Assembly: GCA_017558005.1 (NCBI GenBank) | Contig: JAFYWN010000009.1 | Span: 13,072-77,071, forward strand | DNA length: 64,000 nucleotides | DNA from: Kiritimatiellia bacterium | Lineage (GTDB): Bacteria > Verrucomicrobiota > Kiritimatiellia > RFP12 > DVOR01 | Direction of reading: 5' to 3' | Notes under the pieces: model-generated | The model's input: only the letters and a program-made list of their open reading frames with translations | What the model was told of the DNA's origin: nothing | Database searches by the model: none | Part shown: positions 7,487 through 16,481 of the stretch, piece after piece | Numbering within the stretch: the first letter of the stretch is position 1 | Layout of the letters: the number at the start of each line of letters is the position of its first letter | Made by a program: the position numbers and the translations under genes

Positions 7487-8702
7487 GGAAGGATTTCGCA
7501 TCCCGGTGAAGAGTTGGTGCGAAAATTGCGAAGAGGGGGCCGTCCAGCAGGCTGCGAATTTGGCAAAGCATCCGGTGCTCTTTAGTCATGTGGCATTGAT
7601 GCCGGACGCTCACCAAGGGTATGGAATGCCGATCGGTGGTGTGGTTGCCGCGGAACAGGCTGTGATTCCGGCGGCGGTCGGGGTGGATATCGGGTGCGGT
7701 ATGATTGCCGTTGAGACGGATATCCCGGCAGAACGTTTCGCAGAGATGTCTTTTCGGCGTGCCTTCCAGGAACGGTTGAAGGAGCGCATTCCTGTTGGGG
7801 ATGGGGTTTCTCATCAGACGACCCAAGATTGGGAAGGCTTTGAGGCGTATACGGCCAATAATTCCATGCGTGCAGATCTCTGGCCATTGAAGTTGGACCG
7901 TAAGAACTTAGGAACGCTCGGGGGTGGCAACCACTTCATTGAGTTGCAGAAGACCACGGCCTTAGATGGACAGGGAGAACCTGAAGGTGGAAGCAAGATT
8001 TGGTTGATGATTCACTCGGGATCACGCAACTTAGGAAAGCGGATTGAGGAACACTATCACCGCATTGCCAAGCGACTGTGCACGCGCTTCCATGTGCCGT
8101 TGGCAGATCCTGATTTGGCATTCTTGCCGATTGAGGAGGCAGAGGGACACCGTTACTTTACGGATATGCTCTTTGCGCTGCGTTACGCGAAGGAAAATCG
8201 TCGTCGCATGATGGAGGTGATGAAGGAAACGTTGGCCGAATTTGTGCCAGAGGTGAATTTCATCCAAACGATTGATATCCATCATAACTATGCAGCCTTC
8301 GAAGAACATTTCGGGAAGAAGGTTTGCGTGCACCGCAAGGGGGCTACCTCGGCGAAGCTCGATGAGATTGGTATCATTCCTGGATCTATGGGAGCCGCCT
8401 CCTATATTGTGCGAGGATTAGGAAATCCGCAGTCCTTCATGTCTTGCTCCCATGGTGCAGGACGAAAGATGAGTCGAATCTCGGCCTCCCGAAACCTCAC
8501 GGTAGAGGAGTGCGATAAGGCCATGGAAGGGATCGTGTGCGAACGCTGGCATGCGTATAAGGGTTATGGAAAGGCGAAGGGATGCCTCGACCTTTCGGAA
8601 GCGCCACAGGCCTATAAGGATATTGAAGAGGTCATTTCTGCTGAGACCGACTTGGTAGAACCTCTCGTACGCCTGGTGCCCTTGGCCTCTCTCAAGGGGT
8701 AA
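7467..8702 (+). CDS. rtcB: RNA-splicing ligase RtcB
   Basis: MPDAHQGYGMPIGG, GVDIGCGM, GGGNHFIE, HSGSRNLG, HHNY, HRKGA, SCSHGAGR. I prefer the ATG at 7467 (RBS aaagga) over the TTG at 7446; it overlaps the rtcA end by 20 nt. Confidence 0.93.
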   Translation: MKWQKLEEGFRIPVKSWCENCEEGAVQQAANLAKHPVLFSHVALMPDAHQGYGMPIGGVVAAEQAVIPAAVGVDIGCGMIAVETDIPAERFAEMSFRRAFQERLKERIPVGDGVSHQTTQDWEGFEAYTANNSMRADLWPLKLDRKNLGTLGGGNHFIELQKTTALDGQGEPEGGSKIWLMIHSGSRNLGKRIEEHYHRIAKRLCTRFHVPLADPDLAFLPIEEAEGHRYFTDMLFALRYAKENRRRMMEVMKETLAEFVPEVNFIQTIDIHHNYAAFEEHFGKKVCVHRKGATSAKLDEIGIIPGSMGAASYIVRGLGNPQSFMSCSHGAGRKMSRISASRNLTVEECDKAMEGIVCERWHAYKGYGKAKGCLDLSEAPQAYKDIEEVISAETDLVEPLVRLVPLASLKG

Positions 8703-8797
8703 GCCTGCGTCGTCTTCCCTCGGGGTGCGGTGGTGTGTCACAGGCAGTGGGGCGTGTGATCTGTCGGAGAAATTGAAAATGTAGGGGGCCATTGGGT

Positions 8798-8837
8798 ATG
8801 AAGCAAGACGCGTAGGGGCGTCTTGCTTCATTTTTTT
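8798..8837 (+). terminator. intrinsic terminator ending the Rtc operon
   Basis: Perfect 14-bp stem atgaagcaagacgc / gcgtcttgcttcat, 6-nt loop, then seven T. Confidence 0.8.
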
Positions 8838-9055
8838 ATGTGGGAGTGCTGAGGGGTGTGGTGCAGAGGTCGGGGGCTTTGGATGAAATGGAGGTTAAAA
8901 ATGCAACGTCGGGGGTGCTTTTTGTAGTTTTTAGTGTGAAAGGGTGAATTTTCAAGGTTTACATTACATTTGGAGTTGTGATATCATAGCCACATCTCTG
9001 ATGTAAGATGTAGACGGATAACTCCGTATTTTCTTGTTTCTCCCAATTTGTATTT

Positions 9056-9658
9056 ATGTCATTAGCATTTGCGTTGACCGGTGGTATAGCATGCGGCAAA
9101 AGTATGGCTGAGGCCTGTTTTGCGGCGTGTGGGTGTCGCGTTTTGGACGCAGATCAGGTGGTGCGTGATTTGGAATCTGCCGGTGGGGCGGCGGTGGCAC
9201 CGATTGTGGCACGATTTGGAGAAGGGGTGTTGGCTGCGGATGGCGGCATAGATCGTCAGGCGCTCGCATCAGAAGTCTTTAGCAATCCTGCGGCACGAAG
9301 GGAATTGGAACACATTGTTCATCCACTCGTGCGACGTGCAACAGAAGTGTGGTTGGGTCAAGCGGGGGCAGGGGAGATTTCGGTCTTCTCGGCAGCGCTA
9401 TTGTATGAGTGTGGGTGGGAAAAAACCTGGCAGGGCGTGGTGTGTGTGAAGGCTTCGCGTGAAACGCAAGTGCGCCGGATGTGTCAGGCGCGCGGAATGA
9501 CAGAGGCCGCCGCCGAAGCGCGCTTGAATGCGCAAATGCCCTTGGCGGAAAAGGTGAAACGTTCGGATTGGATTTTAGAGAATGATCATGACGATCCAGA
9601 GGCATTGAAACGCCAAGTCGAAGCATTGGTCGCCTCCTGGAAACGTAATCTCGATTGA
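9056..9658 (+). CDS. coaE: dephospho-CoA kinase
   Basis: 200 aa; P-loop LTGGIACGKS at the N-terminus; length and layout typical of CoaE. Confidence 0.85.
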   Translation: MSLAFALTGGIACGKSMAEACFAACGCRVLDADQVVRDLESAGGAAVAPIVARFGEGVLAADGGIDRQALASEVFSNPAARRELEHIVHPLVRRATEVWLGQAGAGEISVFSAALLYECGWEKTWQGVVCVKASRETQVRRMCQARGMTEAAAEARLNAQMPLAEKVKRSDWILENDHDDPEALKRQVEALVASWKRNLD

Positions 9659-9673
9659 AAGTAAGCAGAAATT

Positions 9674-11434
9674 ATGGAAGAAGAAGCTCAAAAGTTACAA
9701 GGACCTGCAAGTCGAGCCCGTCGCGTCGCAAGACCCAAAACGTTAGGTGAAAATACGCATCCGCGCGCTACACGGCCAATTGCAAAACCAAGAGCACCTG
9801 CAAAAACGAAAAGTGTCCCTGTGCCTGAGCCAGACTTCCCCGCACCTGAAAAGGTCATTTCTGGAGAACAATTTCCCTCAATGTTGCCCACTGAGCAGAC
9901 CATCGCCGAGTGCACCTCGCATGAGGTGGAGGGTGAGGTTGGGGGGCAACCCGATTTGATGGTGGAACCCACCCCCGCACCTGTGGTGGAACAACCCGAA
10001 GTGGTGATGCCGGAAGACCAAGGCACCCCAGAGCAGGGGGGCGAGGGCGGCCAACAGCAACGTTGGGAAGCGCGTAAAAATAAGTGGGATCGAAACGATA
10101 AGCGCAATAAGCAACAACGTCAAGGTGGGGACCGTCAACCGCCCGCACCGCAATATGAACCGCTCCCAGAAGATGCGCCGCCGCTTTACCTTAAGAAGTT
10201 GGATAAGGTCCCCTTTGAAGAATTAGTGGCGATGTTACCACCAGATCGTGCAGAAGATGCGATTAATTTGCGTCGTCACGAAGTGATTATGGAGTTGATT
10301 CGTACGTATCTGCGCCGTAAGGGGACGGTGATTGCTACGGGGACGTTGGAGACGTTAAATGAGGGCTTTGGCTTCTTGCGTTCGGCGGCAAACAACTATT
10401 TGCAGTGCCCGGAAGATGTCTATGTGAGCCAACAGCAGATTCGTCGTCATGGCTTGCGCACGGGTGATTTGATTGAAGGGCCTTTGCGTGAACCGCGTGA
10501 TCGCGACCGCTTCTTCGCATTGTCGAGCGTTTCCTTAATTAATGAGCTCCCCGTGGAGCAGGCGAAGCGTATCGCACACTTTGAATATTTGACGCCTGTC
10601 TTCCCGAATCGTCGCATCTTGTTGGAAACCGAACACGCCGAGTATTCCACTCGTGTGATGGATCTCTTTACGCCGGTGGGCTTTGGCCAACGTGGTTTGA
10701 TTGTGGCGCCGCCGCGCACGGGTAAGACGGTTTTATTGCAGAAGATTGCTAATGCAATCAGCAAAAACTATCCTGACGTGGAGCTGATCGTTTTGCTCAT
10801 TGATGAACGTCCGGAAGAAGTGACCGATATGCAGCGCAATACGAAGGCGCAGGTCTTCTCGTCGACCTTTGATGAAGAACCGCAACGTCACTGTGCGGTC
10901 TCCGAAATGGTGATTGAAGTGGCGAAGCGTAAGGTGGAGAGTGGCAAGGATGTGGTGATTCTCTTGGACTCTATCACCCGTTTGGCGCGTGCTTACAATA
11001 CCGCTGCGCCGCACTCCGGAAAAATCCTTTCGGGTGGTTTGGATGCCAATGCGATGCACAAGCCGAAACGTTTCTTCGGTGCAGCGCGCAACATCGAAAA
11101 TGGCGGTTCGTTGACCATTTTGGCCACGGCTTTGATTGAAACTGGCAGTAAGATGGATGATGTGATCTTTGAAGAATTCAAAGGCACGGGCAACATGGAA
11201 CTGAAGTTGGATCGCGGTCTTTCGGATCGTCGTATCTTCCCTGCAATTAATATCGAACTCTCGGGTACGCGTAAGGAAGATTTGCTGTTGCATCCCGATG
11301 AACTGTCACGTATTTGGTCGATGCGTAAGGTGCTCACGCCTGTTGGGCCCAATGAGGCAATGGATATCTTGTTGAAGCGCTTGCGCTTGACGGAAAACAA
11401 TATTGAATTCTTGATGAGCATCAAGGAAAACTGA
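9674..11434 (+). CDS. rho: transcription termination factor Rho with ~170-aa low-complexity N-terminal extension
   Basis: GFGFLR, QRGLIVAPPRTGKT, LLIDERPEEVTDM, ALIETGSKMDDVIFEEFKGTGNMEL. The extension is rich in P/E/Q/K/R. Confidence 0.93.
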   Translation: MEEEAQKLQGPASRARRVARPKTLGENTHPRATRPIAKPRAPAKTKSVPVPEPDFPAPEKVISGEQFPSMLPTEQTIAECTSHEVEGEVGGQPDLMVEPTPAPVVEQPEVVMPEDQGTPEQGGEGGQQQRWEARKNKWDRNDKRNKQQRQGGDRQPPAPQYEPLPEDAPPLYLKKLDKVPFEELVAMLPPDRAEDAINLRRHEVIMELIRTYLRRKGTVIATGTLETLNEGFGFLRSAANNYLQCPEDVYVSQQQIRRHGLRTGDLIEGPLREPRDRDRFFALSSVSLINELPVEQAKRIAHFEYLTPVFPNRRILLETEHAEYSTRVMDLFTPVGFGQRGLIVAPPRTGKTVLLQKIANAISKNYPDVELIVLLIDERPEEVTDMQRNTKAQVFSSTFDEEPQRHCAVSEMVIEVAKRKVESGKDVVILLDSITRLARAYNTAAPHSGKILSGGLDANAMHKPKRFFGAARNIENGGSLTILATALIETGSKMDDVIFEEFKGTGNMELKLDRGLSDRRIFPAINIELSGTRKEDLLLHPDELSRIWSMRKVLTPVGPNEAMDILLKRLRLTENNIEFLMSIKEN

Positions 11435-11438
11435 GGCG

Positions 11439-12494
11439 ATGGGCACGTATCAACGCAATAATGGCTCCTATGGTCGCGTTTACCACCGCAGTGCGAAACC
11501 TCGCAAGGGGGTGGCGCGTACCTTTGGCGAGAGTGCCGATTGGTCAGATCATCAAGGGTGTGAAGCGCTTTACACCAATAAACTGAGTGACTTAATCAAG
11601 TGTCTACGCCCAGGGCAGTGGATTAAAAATAGCCTCTTGTTGGCGGCGCCATTCTTTGCGTTCTTTGATCGTTCACAGGCAGAGGGGGCCTTTGCGAAGG
11701 CTATGAAGGCAGACCCCGTAGCGGTCTTGTTGACGATTGGAGCGTCGATTCTCGCCTTTATTTTGATTTCTGCTGCGACGTATGTGGTGAATGACCTGCG
11801 TGATGTCGCCACCGATGGTAAGCACCCCGTGAAGCAACACCGTCCAATTGTGGCACGAAAGGTCTCCTTGGGCGCCGCGATTCCTTTGGCGGTGCTCTGT
11901 TGTGGCAGTGGCCTTTCTTTGGCTGCTTGGGTCGGGTTGCGCAGTGGTCAGATGGACTTTTTCTTCGTCTGCGTGGGCTATGGAGTGTTGCAACTCATCT
12001 ATACGTTCCTTGCGAAGCGCATAAAGGACCTCGGCGTGCTCGTGCTTGCGACAGGATTTCTTTTGCGTGCACTTGCAGGTGCGGTGGTGGTGCAAGTGCA
12101 TCTCTCGGCGTGGTTAATCCTCTGCGTCTTTATGGGGGCCCTCTTTGTGGCGTTATGCAAACGTAGAAGTGCATGCTTTGTGAAAGGGCAGGAGTCCCCC
12201 TCTGCGCAAGAGACGCGCATTTTGGATTTTGAAATTCTGATTGCAGCGGCGGTCACGGTGGCATGCTATGCACTCTATACACTCGCTCCGAACACTGTGG
12301 CGCACTTCGGAACAGAGGCTCTGATCTATACCTTGCCTCTTGTGGTGCTGGGAATTTTCCGTTATCTGCGCTTAACGTACCAAGAGCAACGCGCCAGTGT
12401 TCCTGAAATCTTATTTTTGAAAGATCCCGTATTGATTTTGTCTGGTATAGCTTGGGTCGTTTCATGCGGTCTAATTTTGGGATTTGCGGCCTAA
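11439..12494 (+). CDS. UbiA-family prenyltransferase (decaprenyl-phosphate phosphoribosyltransferase-like)
   Basis: Polytopic. RPGQWIKN, then YVVNDLRDVATDGKHPVKQHRP (NDxxDxxxD motif). The real start may be downstream of 11439. Confidence 0.75.
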   Translation: MGTYQRNNGSYGRVYHRSAKPRKGVARTFGESADWSDHQGCEALYTNKLSDLIKCLRPGQWIKNSLLLAAPFFAFFDRSQAEGAFAKAMKADPVAVLLTIGASILAFILISAATYVVNDLRDVATDGKHPVKQHRPIVARKVSLGAAIPLAVLCCGSGLSLAAWVGLRSGQMDFFFVCVGYGVLQLIYTFLAKRIKDLGVLVLATGFLLRALAGAVVVQVHLSAWLILCVFMGALFVALCKRRSACFVKGQESPSAQETRILDFEILIAAAVTVACYALYTLAPNTVAHFGTEALIYTLPLVVLGIFRYLRLTYQEQRASVPEILFLKDPVLILSGIAWVVSCGLILGFAA

Positions 12495-12538
12495 AGGTGT
12501 TAAATTGTGCTATACTGAAAGGGAACTTGGAGAGTGGC

Positions 12539-12997
12539 ATGCACACTGCGGCAGAAAAACCTTTTGAACTGACTGCGAGCCTCGAAGACTATCTTGAGGC
12601 AATTAAAGAGTTGATTGATGAAAATGTGCATGGTCATGCGCATACGAGTGAAATCGCGCGTCGCCTTAAAGTGAAGATGCCTTCTGTGACGAATGCGTTG
12701 GGAATTTTGCGCCGTCACGGATATATCAATTACGACTCAAGTTATCCAGTTACTTTGACTGAAGCGGGCGTTGTCGCCGCCGAACGCGTGATTAATCGTC
12801 ACCGCGTCTTAAAAACCTTTTTGCAGGATGTCTTGTGTTTGCCCGAAGAAGAGGCCAGTGCGGCAGCTTGTCGGATGGAACACATTATGGACGATCGCTT
12901 AATCGTTCGCCTCAATGCACTGATTGATGTGCTTGCGGATGATGCGTCTGGCGCAGCGGTGCGCCAACGCATTGCACAACGTTTAGAGAATGAATGA
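12539..12997 (+). CDS. DtxR/MntR-family metal-dependent transcriptional regulator
   Basis: LEDYLEAIKELI...TSEIARRLKVKMPSVTNALGILRRHGYINYD wHTH plus dimerisation helix. ATG at 12539 is preferred over the extended ORF at 12452, which overlaps the upstream gene. Confidence 0.8.
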   Translation: MHTAAEKPFELTASLEDYLEAIKELIDENVHGHAHTSEIARRLKVKMPSVTNALGILRRHGYINYDSSYPVTLTEAGVVAAERVINRHRVLKTFLQDVLCLPEEEASAAACRMEHIMDDRLIVRLNALIDVLADDASGAAVRQRIAQRLENE

Positions 12998-13029
12998 TTG
13001 AGTAGAATGCTTTTTCTGGAGGTCTTACC

Positions 13030-14013
13030 ATGACACATGATGAAATGTTGGCTCGTGCCCATGAAGTGATTGCGGTTGAAATTGAAGGTTTGCGTAAAAC
13101 CAATGCCGCTCTGGATGAAACGTTTTGCCAGATTACCGAGGCAATCCTCTCTGCATTGGAGCAGGGCGGAAAGATGGTGGTGACTGGCGTTGGCAAAAAC
13201 ATCCATGTGGGTGAAAAGATTGCTGCAACGATGGCTAGTACTGGCACGACATCGGTATTGCTGAATCCTGTGCAGGCAATGCACGGCGATTTGGGTATGG
13301 TGACCGAAAAGGATATCGTTTTGGCAATCAGCTTCTCTGGTGAATCGGACGAAGTGATTCGCCTGTTGCCGTCGTTGCGTCGTATTGGCGTGAAGATTAT
13401 CGGTATGACGGGCAATAAAGAATCGTCGCTTGCGAAGGATTCTGACTGGGTGTATCACATTGATTGCGGTCCAGAAGCTTGCCCGTTCAATATGGCACCG
13501 ACCACCTCGACCACCGCCACACTTGCTTTGGGTGATGCCTTGGCAATGGTGCTCTTGGAAGCACGTGGCTTTAAGAAGGAAAACTTCGCCCTTTATCATC
13601 CGGCGGGTGCAATCGGTCGTGCATTACTCTTCCGCGTGAAGGATATCATGCGTTCTGGCGAACGTTTGGTATCGTTGCCCGAGACGGCTTCGGTGAAGGA
13701 TGCCGTGGTGGCGATGACCTCTGCGAAGGCAGGGTGCGCCTGCGTGGTGGATGCAGATGGCAAATTGCTCGGCATCTTCACCGATGGTGACTTGCGCCGC
13801 CTCTTCTCGGATGTGGATGGTGACCCGATGGCTCGTAAGATTACCGATGTGATGATTCATAATCCCATCAGTGTCTCGTTGGGCGCATTGGCCGTGGAAG
13901 TGCTGCACATCTTCGAACATCACAAGGTGGATGACCTCCCTGTGGTGGATGAGGCAGGACGTTTGGTCGGCACGATCGATATCCAGGATCTGCCGCGCAT
14001 GAAGATCCTCTAA
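13030..14013 (+). CDS. kdsD: arabinose-5-phosphate isomerase (KpsF/GutQ/KdsD family; SIS plus two CBS domains)
   Basis: SIS motif GKMVVTGVGKNIHVGEKIAATMASTG and a C-terminal CBS pair. Confidence 0.88.
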   Translation: MTHDEMLARAHEVIAVEIEGLRKTNAALDETFCQITEAILSALEQGGKMVVTGVGKNIHVGEKIAATMASTGTTSVLLNPVQAMHGDLGMVTEKDIVLAISFSGESDEVIRLLPSLRRIGVKIIGMTGNKESSLAKDSDWVYHIDCGPEACPFNMAPTTSTTATLALGDALAMVLLEARGFKKENFALYHPAGAIGRALLFRVKDIMRSGERLVSLPETASVKDAVVAMTSAKAGCACVVDADGKLLGIFTDGDLRRLFSDVDGDPMARKITDVMIHNPISVSLGALAVEVLHIFEHHKVDDLPVVDEAGRLVGTIDIQDLPRMKIL

Positions 14014-14028
14014 GGATAGACAGAAAAA

Positions 14029-14064
14029 GACGGTGCGCGTTCAACAGAACCGTGCCGTCTTTTT
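14029..14064 (+). terminator. intrinsic terminator
   Basis: gacggtgcg / cgtgccgtc 9-bp stem (two G-U pairs) followed by tttttgt. Confidence 0.55.
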
Positions 14065-14082
14065 GTATAAGGGTGACGTGAC

Positions 14083-15156
14083 GTGATCTATCTTTTTGCC
14101 GGGCCAGATGAATACCTGAAGACCGAGGGAGCGAAACGTATTATCGACCAACTCGTTCCCGCGACTGAGCGGGATTTTGGGTTGGAGACGATTGATGCGC
14201 GGTGCGATAAGTGCGAAGAGGTGCTCAGTGTGCTGAATCGCGCGGAGGAAGCCCTGTTTACAGATAGTTTCTTTGGGGGCGGTAAGGTGGTCTGGTTGCG
14301 TGATGTGAACTTTCTGCCTGGCGTGAAGAGTCGGGCAGTGGAGGCACAGGCGGCGAAGGATGCCGTGGCAGCATTTTGTGAAAATCTGCAAGCACACCCT
14401 CTCCCAGAAGGGCACCACTTGGTGATGACTGCGGAGAGTTGCCCGCAGACCACGCGTTTTGGTAAATGGGTGAAGTCGGCGGGCCGCTTTGAAGTGTGTG
14501 GCGTTGAGGTCCGTTCGTTCAATTTAGAGAAGATTGCCTTAGAGAATCTCGCGCCCTTATTGGAGGCAAAGCAACTCAAAATGGCGGCACCGATCCGCTC
14601 TGCTTTTGTCCAACAGGTCGGTGCCGATACACGTACGCTTCATTCTGAACTTGAAAAGTTGAAGACCTACATCGGCCCCGAGCGGGATGTGGTGACCGCA
14701 GAAGATCTTGAGGCGGTGACCTCTTCTTCGGCGGGCGGCGAACCTTTGGATTTGGCTACCGCGCTCCAACAGCGCTCCCCGTCTCAGGTTACTCGCGTGA
14801 TTGAAAAACTTCGCATGGATAAGAATGCCGCCTTTGCCGCGGCCGCCGTGCTTATCAATACGTTAAACGATCTTTGTGCGCTCGCAGATGCACTTGAACA
14901 TCAATGGATTTCGGGTGGGCAGTGGCACTTGCCGGCGGATCACTTGCCGCAACGCTTAGCGCGATTGCAGGGGTGGGGCTTCTCAAAACTGTTGGATGCC
15001 GCTAAGCGTTATACGTTGAATGAACTTCGTGCCGCGCGACACTATGCCATTGAGATGCGCTTTAAGTTGGTGGACTCCACCGAACAAGATCCCTGGGCAA
15101 TCGTTGAGCCCGTCCTCTTACGTATTGTGGCGCGTCGTCCTGTGCGCCAACGCTAA
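14083..15156 (+). CDS. holA: DNA polymerase III delta subunit
   Basis: 357 aa; N-terminus IYLFAGPDEYL and overall length/helical C-terminus typical of HolA. Confidence 0.75.
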   Translation: MIYLFAGPDEYLKTEGAKRIIDQLVPATERDFGLETIDARCDKCEEVLSVLNRAEEALFTDSFFGGGKVVWLRDVNFLPGVKSRAVEAQAAKDAVAAFCENLQAHPLPEGHHLVMTAESCPQTTRFGKWVKSAGRFEVCGVEVRSFNLEKIALENLAPLLEAKQLKMAAPIRSAFVQQVGADTRTLHSELEKLKTYIGPERDVVTAEDLEAVTSSSAGGEPLDLATALQQRSPSQVTRVIEKLRMDKNAAFAAAAVLINTLNDLCALADALEHQWISGGQWHLPADHLPQRLARLQGWGFSKLLDAAKRYTLNELRAARHYAIEMRFKLVDSTEQDPWAIVEPVLLRIVARRPVRQR

Positions 15157-15294
15157 TGCGCACTTTTCGCCATTGTGCCATTGAGCACACAGCAGAAAAT
15201 GAACGTAAGTTCTCCACCTCTTCCGCTTCAGTTTGGGGTATACTTTAGGCATTCGAGTAGTTTGTCACGGTAAGTATGTTTTTAAGGAAATAAA

Positions 15295-16422
15295 ATGCAA
15301 GCGGACATCGTCTCCAATGCGAATACTCAAGCGCCCACCACTTCTCGCGTTCATATGTTAGACGTGGTGCGTGGTTGGAGCATGTTCTTCATCGCGGGGG
15401 GCGATGCGCTTTTGTTGGCCGTGTGTCTTGCATTTCCCAACCTGCCTGGTGCCGCGTGGATGCGTTTTCACCTCGGCCATATGCAGTGGGAGGGCTTTAC
15501 CTTTTACGATGCGCTCTTTCCCACGTTTCTACTGATTTCTGGTGCATCGTTTACCTATTCGTGGCAACGTCAATGTGCCCAGGGCCTTTCCTTTACTTAT
15601 CGGTGGGGGCGCCTACTACTTCGCACGCTGCTCTTCATTGTGTTAGGGGTGCTTTATAATGGTGCGCTCTCGGCCTCATCATTTGCAGAGATTCGCTATG
15701 CGAGTGTGTTAGGACGCATCGGCCTGGGCGTCTTGCTTGCGGCGATTGCCTATGTCAATTTGCCCGAACGGTGGCGATGGGTCTTCTTCCCCGTGGGCCT
15801 TTTGGCCTATGCGGGGCTCTTTGAGCTCTGTGGTGGGGATGCGCCCTATGCGATGAATCACAATTGGGCTGCGAGCATTGATCGTCACTTCTTGCCGGGG
15901 CGGATTGATGCGAGTGGGATTGATGGGCTTGATCCTGAGGGGCTAGTCTCTACGCTTGGGGCGCTCTTCACAGCGTACTTGGGCATGTTACTCGCGGATT
16001 TCTTACGGAAAAAGGTGCCGCTAAAGGCGTTGTGGATTGCGCTTACGGGGGCGGGCTTATTGGCCTTTGGCTTTGGGGGTGCTCCGTGGGTGCCGATTGT
16101 TAAGAAGTTATGGACTTCGACCTATGTCTGTGTGGCGGGGGGATGGACGTTACTCTTCTGCGCAGGCATCTATCTGCTGACGGATGTCTTCCACCTTAAA
16201 CGGTGTTTTGCGCCGATTACCTTCTTTGGCACTGCTGCTCTTTGGTTTTACCTACTCCCTAAACTCTTTGACTTCCGTTCGGCAGCGTGGAAACTGCTCA
16301 GCGGGGTGACCACTGCGTGGACAACGAATCAAGCTATTCATGCGCTCGTTTGTTCGCTTGGGTCAATTATTTTATTGTGGATTACCGTTTGTCTTTTGCG
16401 AAAAGGGGTGCAAAAGTCCTAA
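15295..16422 (+). CDS. integral membrane acyltransferase-like protein (HGSNAT/DUF5009-like)
   Basis: 375 aa, ~10 TM segments; the N-terminal LDVVRGWSMFFI motif is typical of this family. Confidence 0.6.
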   Translation: MQADIVSNANTQAPTTSRVHMLDVVRGWSMFFIAGGDALLLAVCLAFPNLPGAAWMRFHLGHMQWEGFTFYDALFPTFLLISGASFTYSWQRQCAQGLSFTYRWGRLLLRTLLFIVLGVLYNGALSASSFAEIRYASVLGRIGLGVLLAAIAYVNLPERWRWVFFPVGLLAYAGLFELCGGDAPYAMNHNWAASIDRHFLPGRIDASGIDGLDPEGLVSTLGALFTAYLGMLLADFLRKKVPLKALWIALTGAGLLAFGFGGAPWVPIVKKLWTSTYVCVAGGWTLLFCAGIYLLTDVFHLKRCFAPITFFGTAALWFYLLPKLFDFRSAAWKLLSGVTTAWTTNQAIHALVCSLGSIILLWITVCLLRKGVQKS

Positions 16423-16481
16423 GCGAAAAAGCTCGCATGAGGGGTTGGCAAAAGACACGTCGTGCGTTTTAAATTGGAGTT

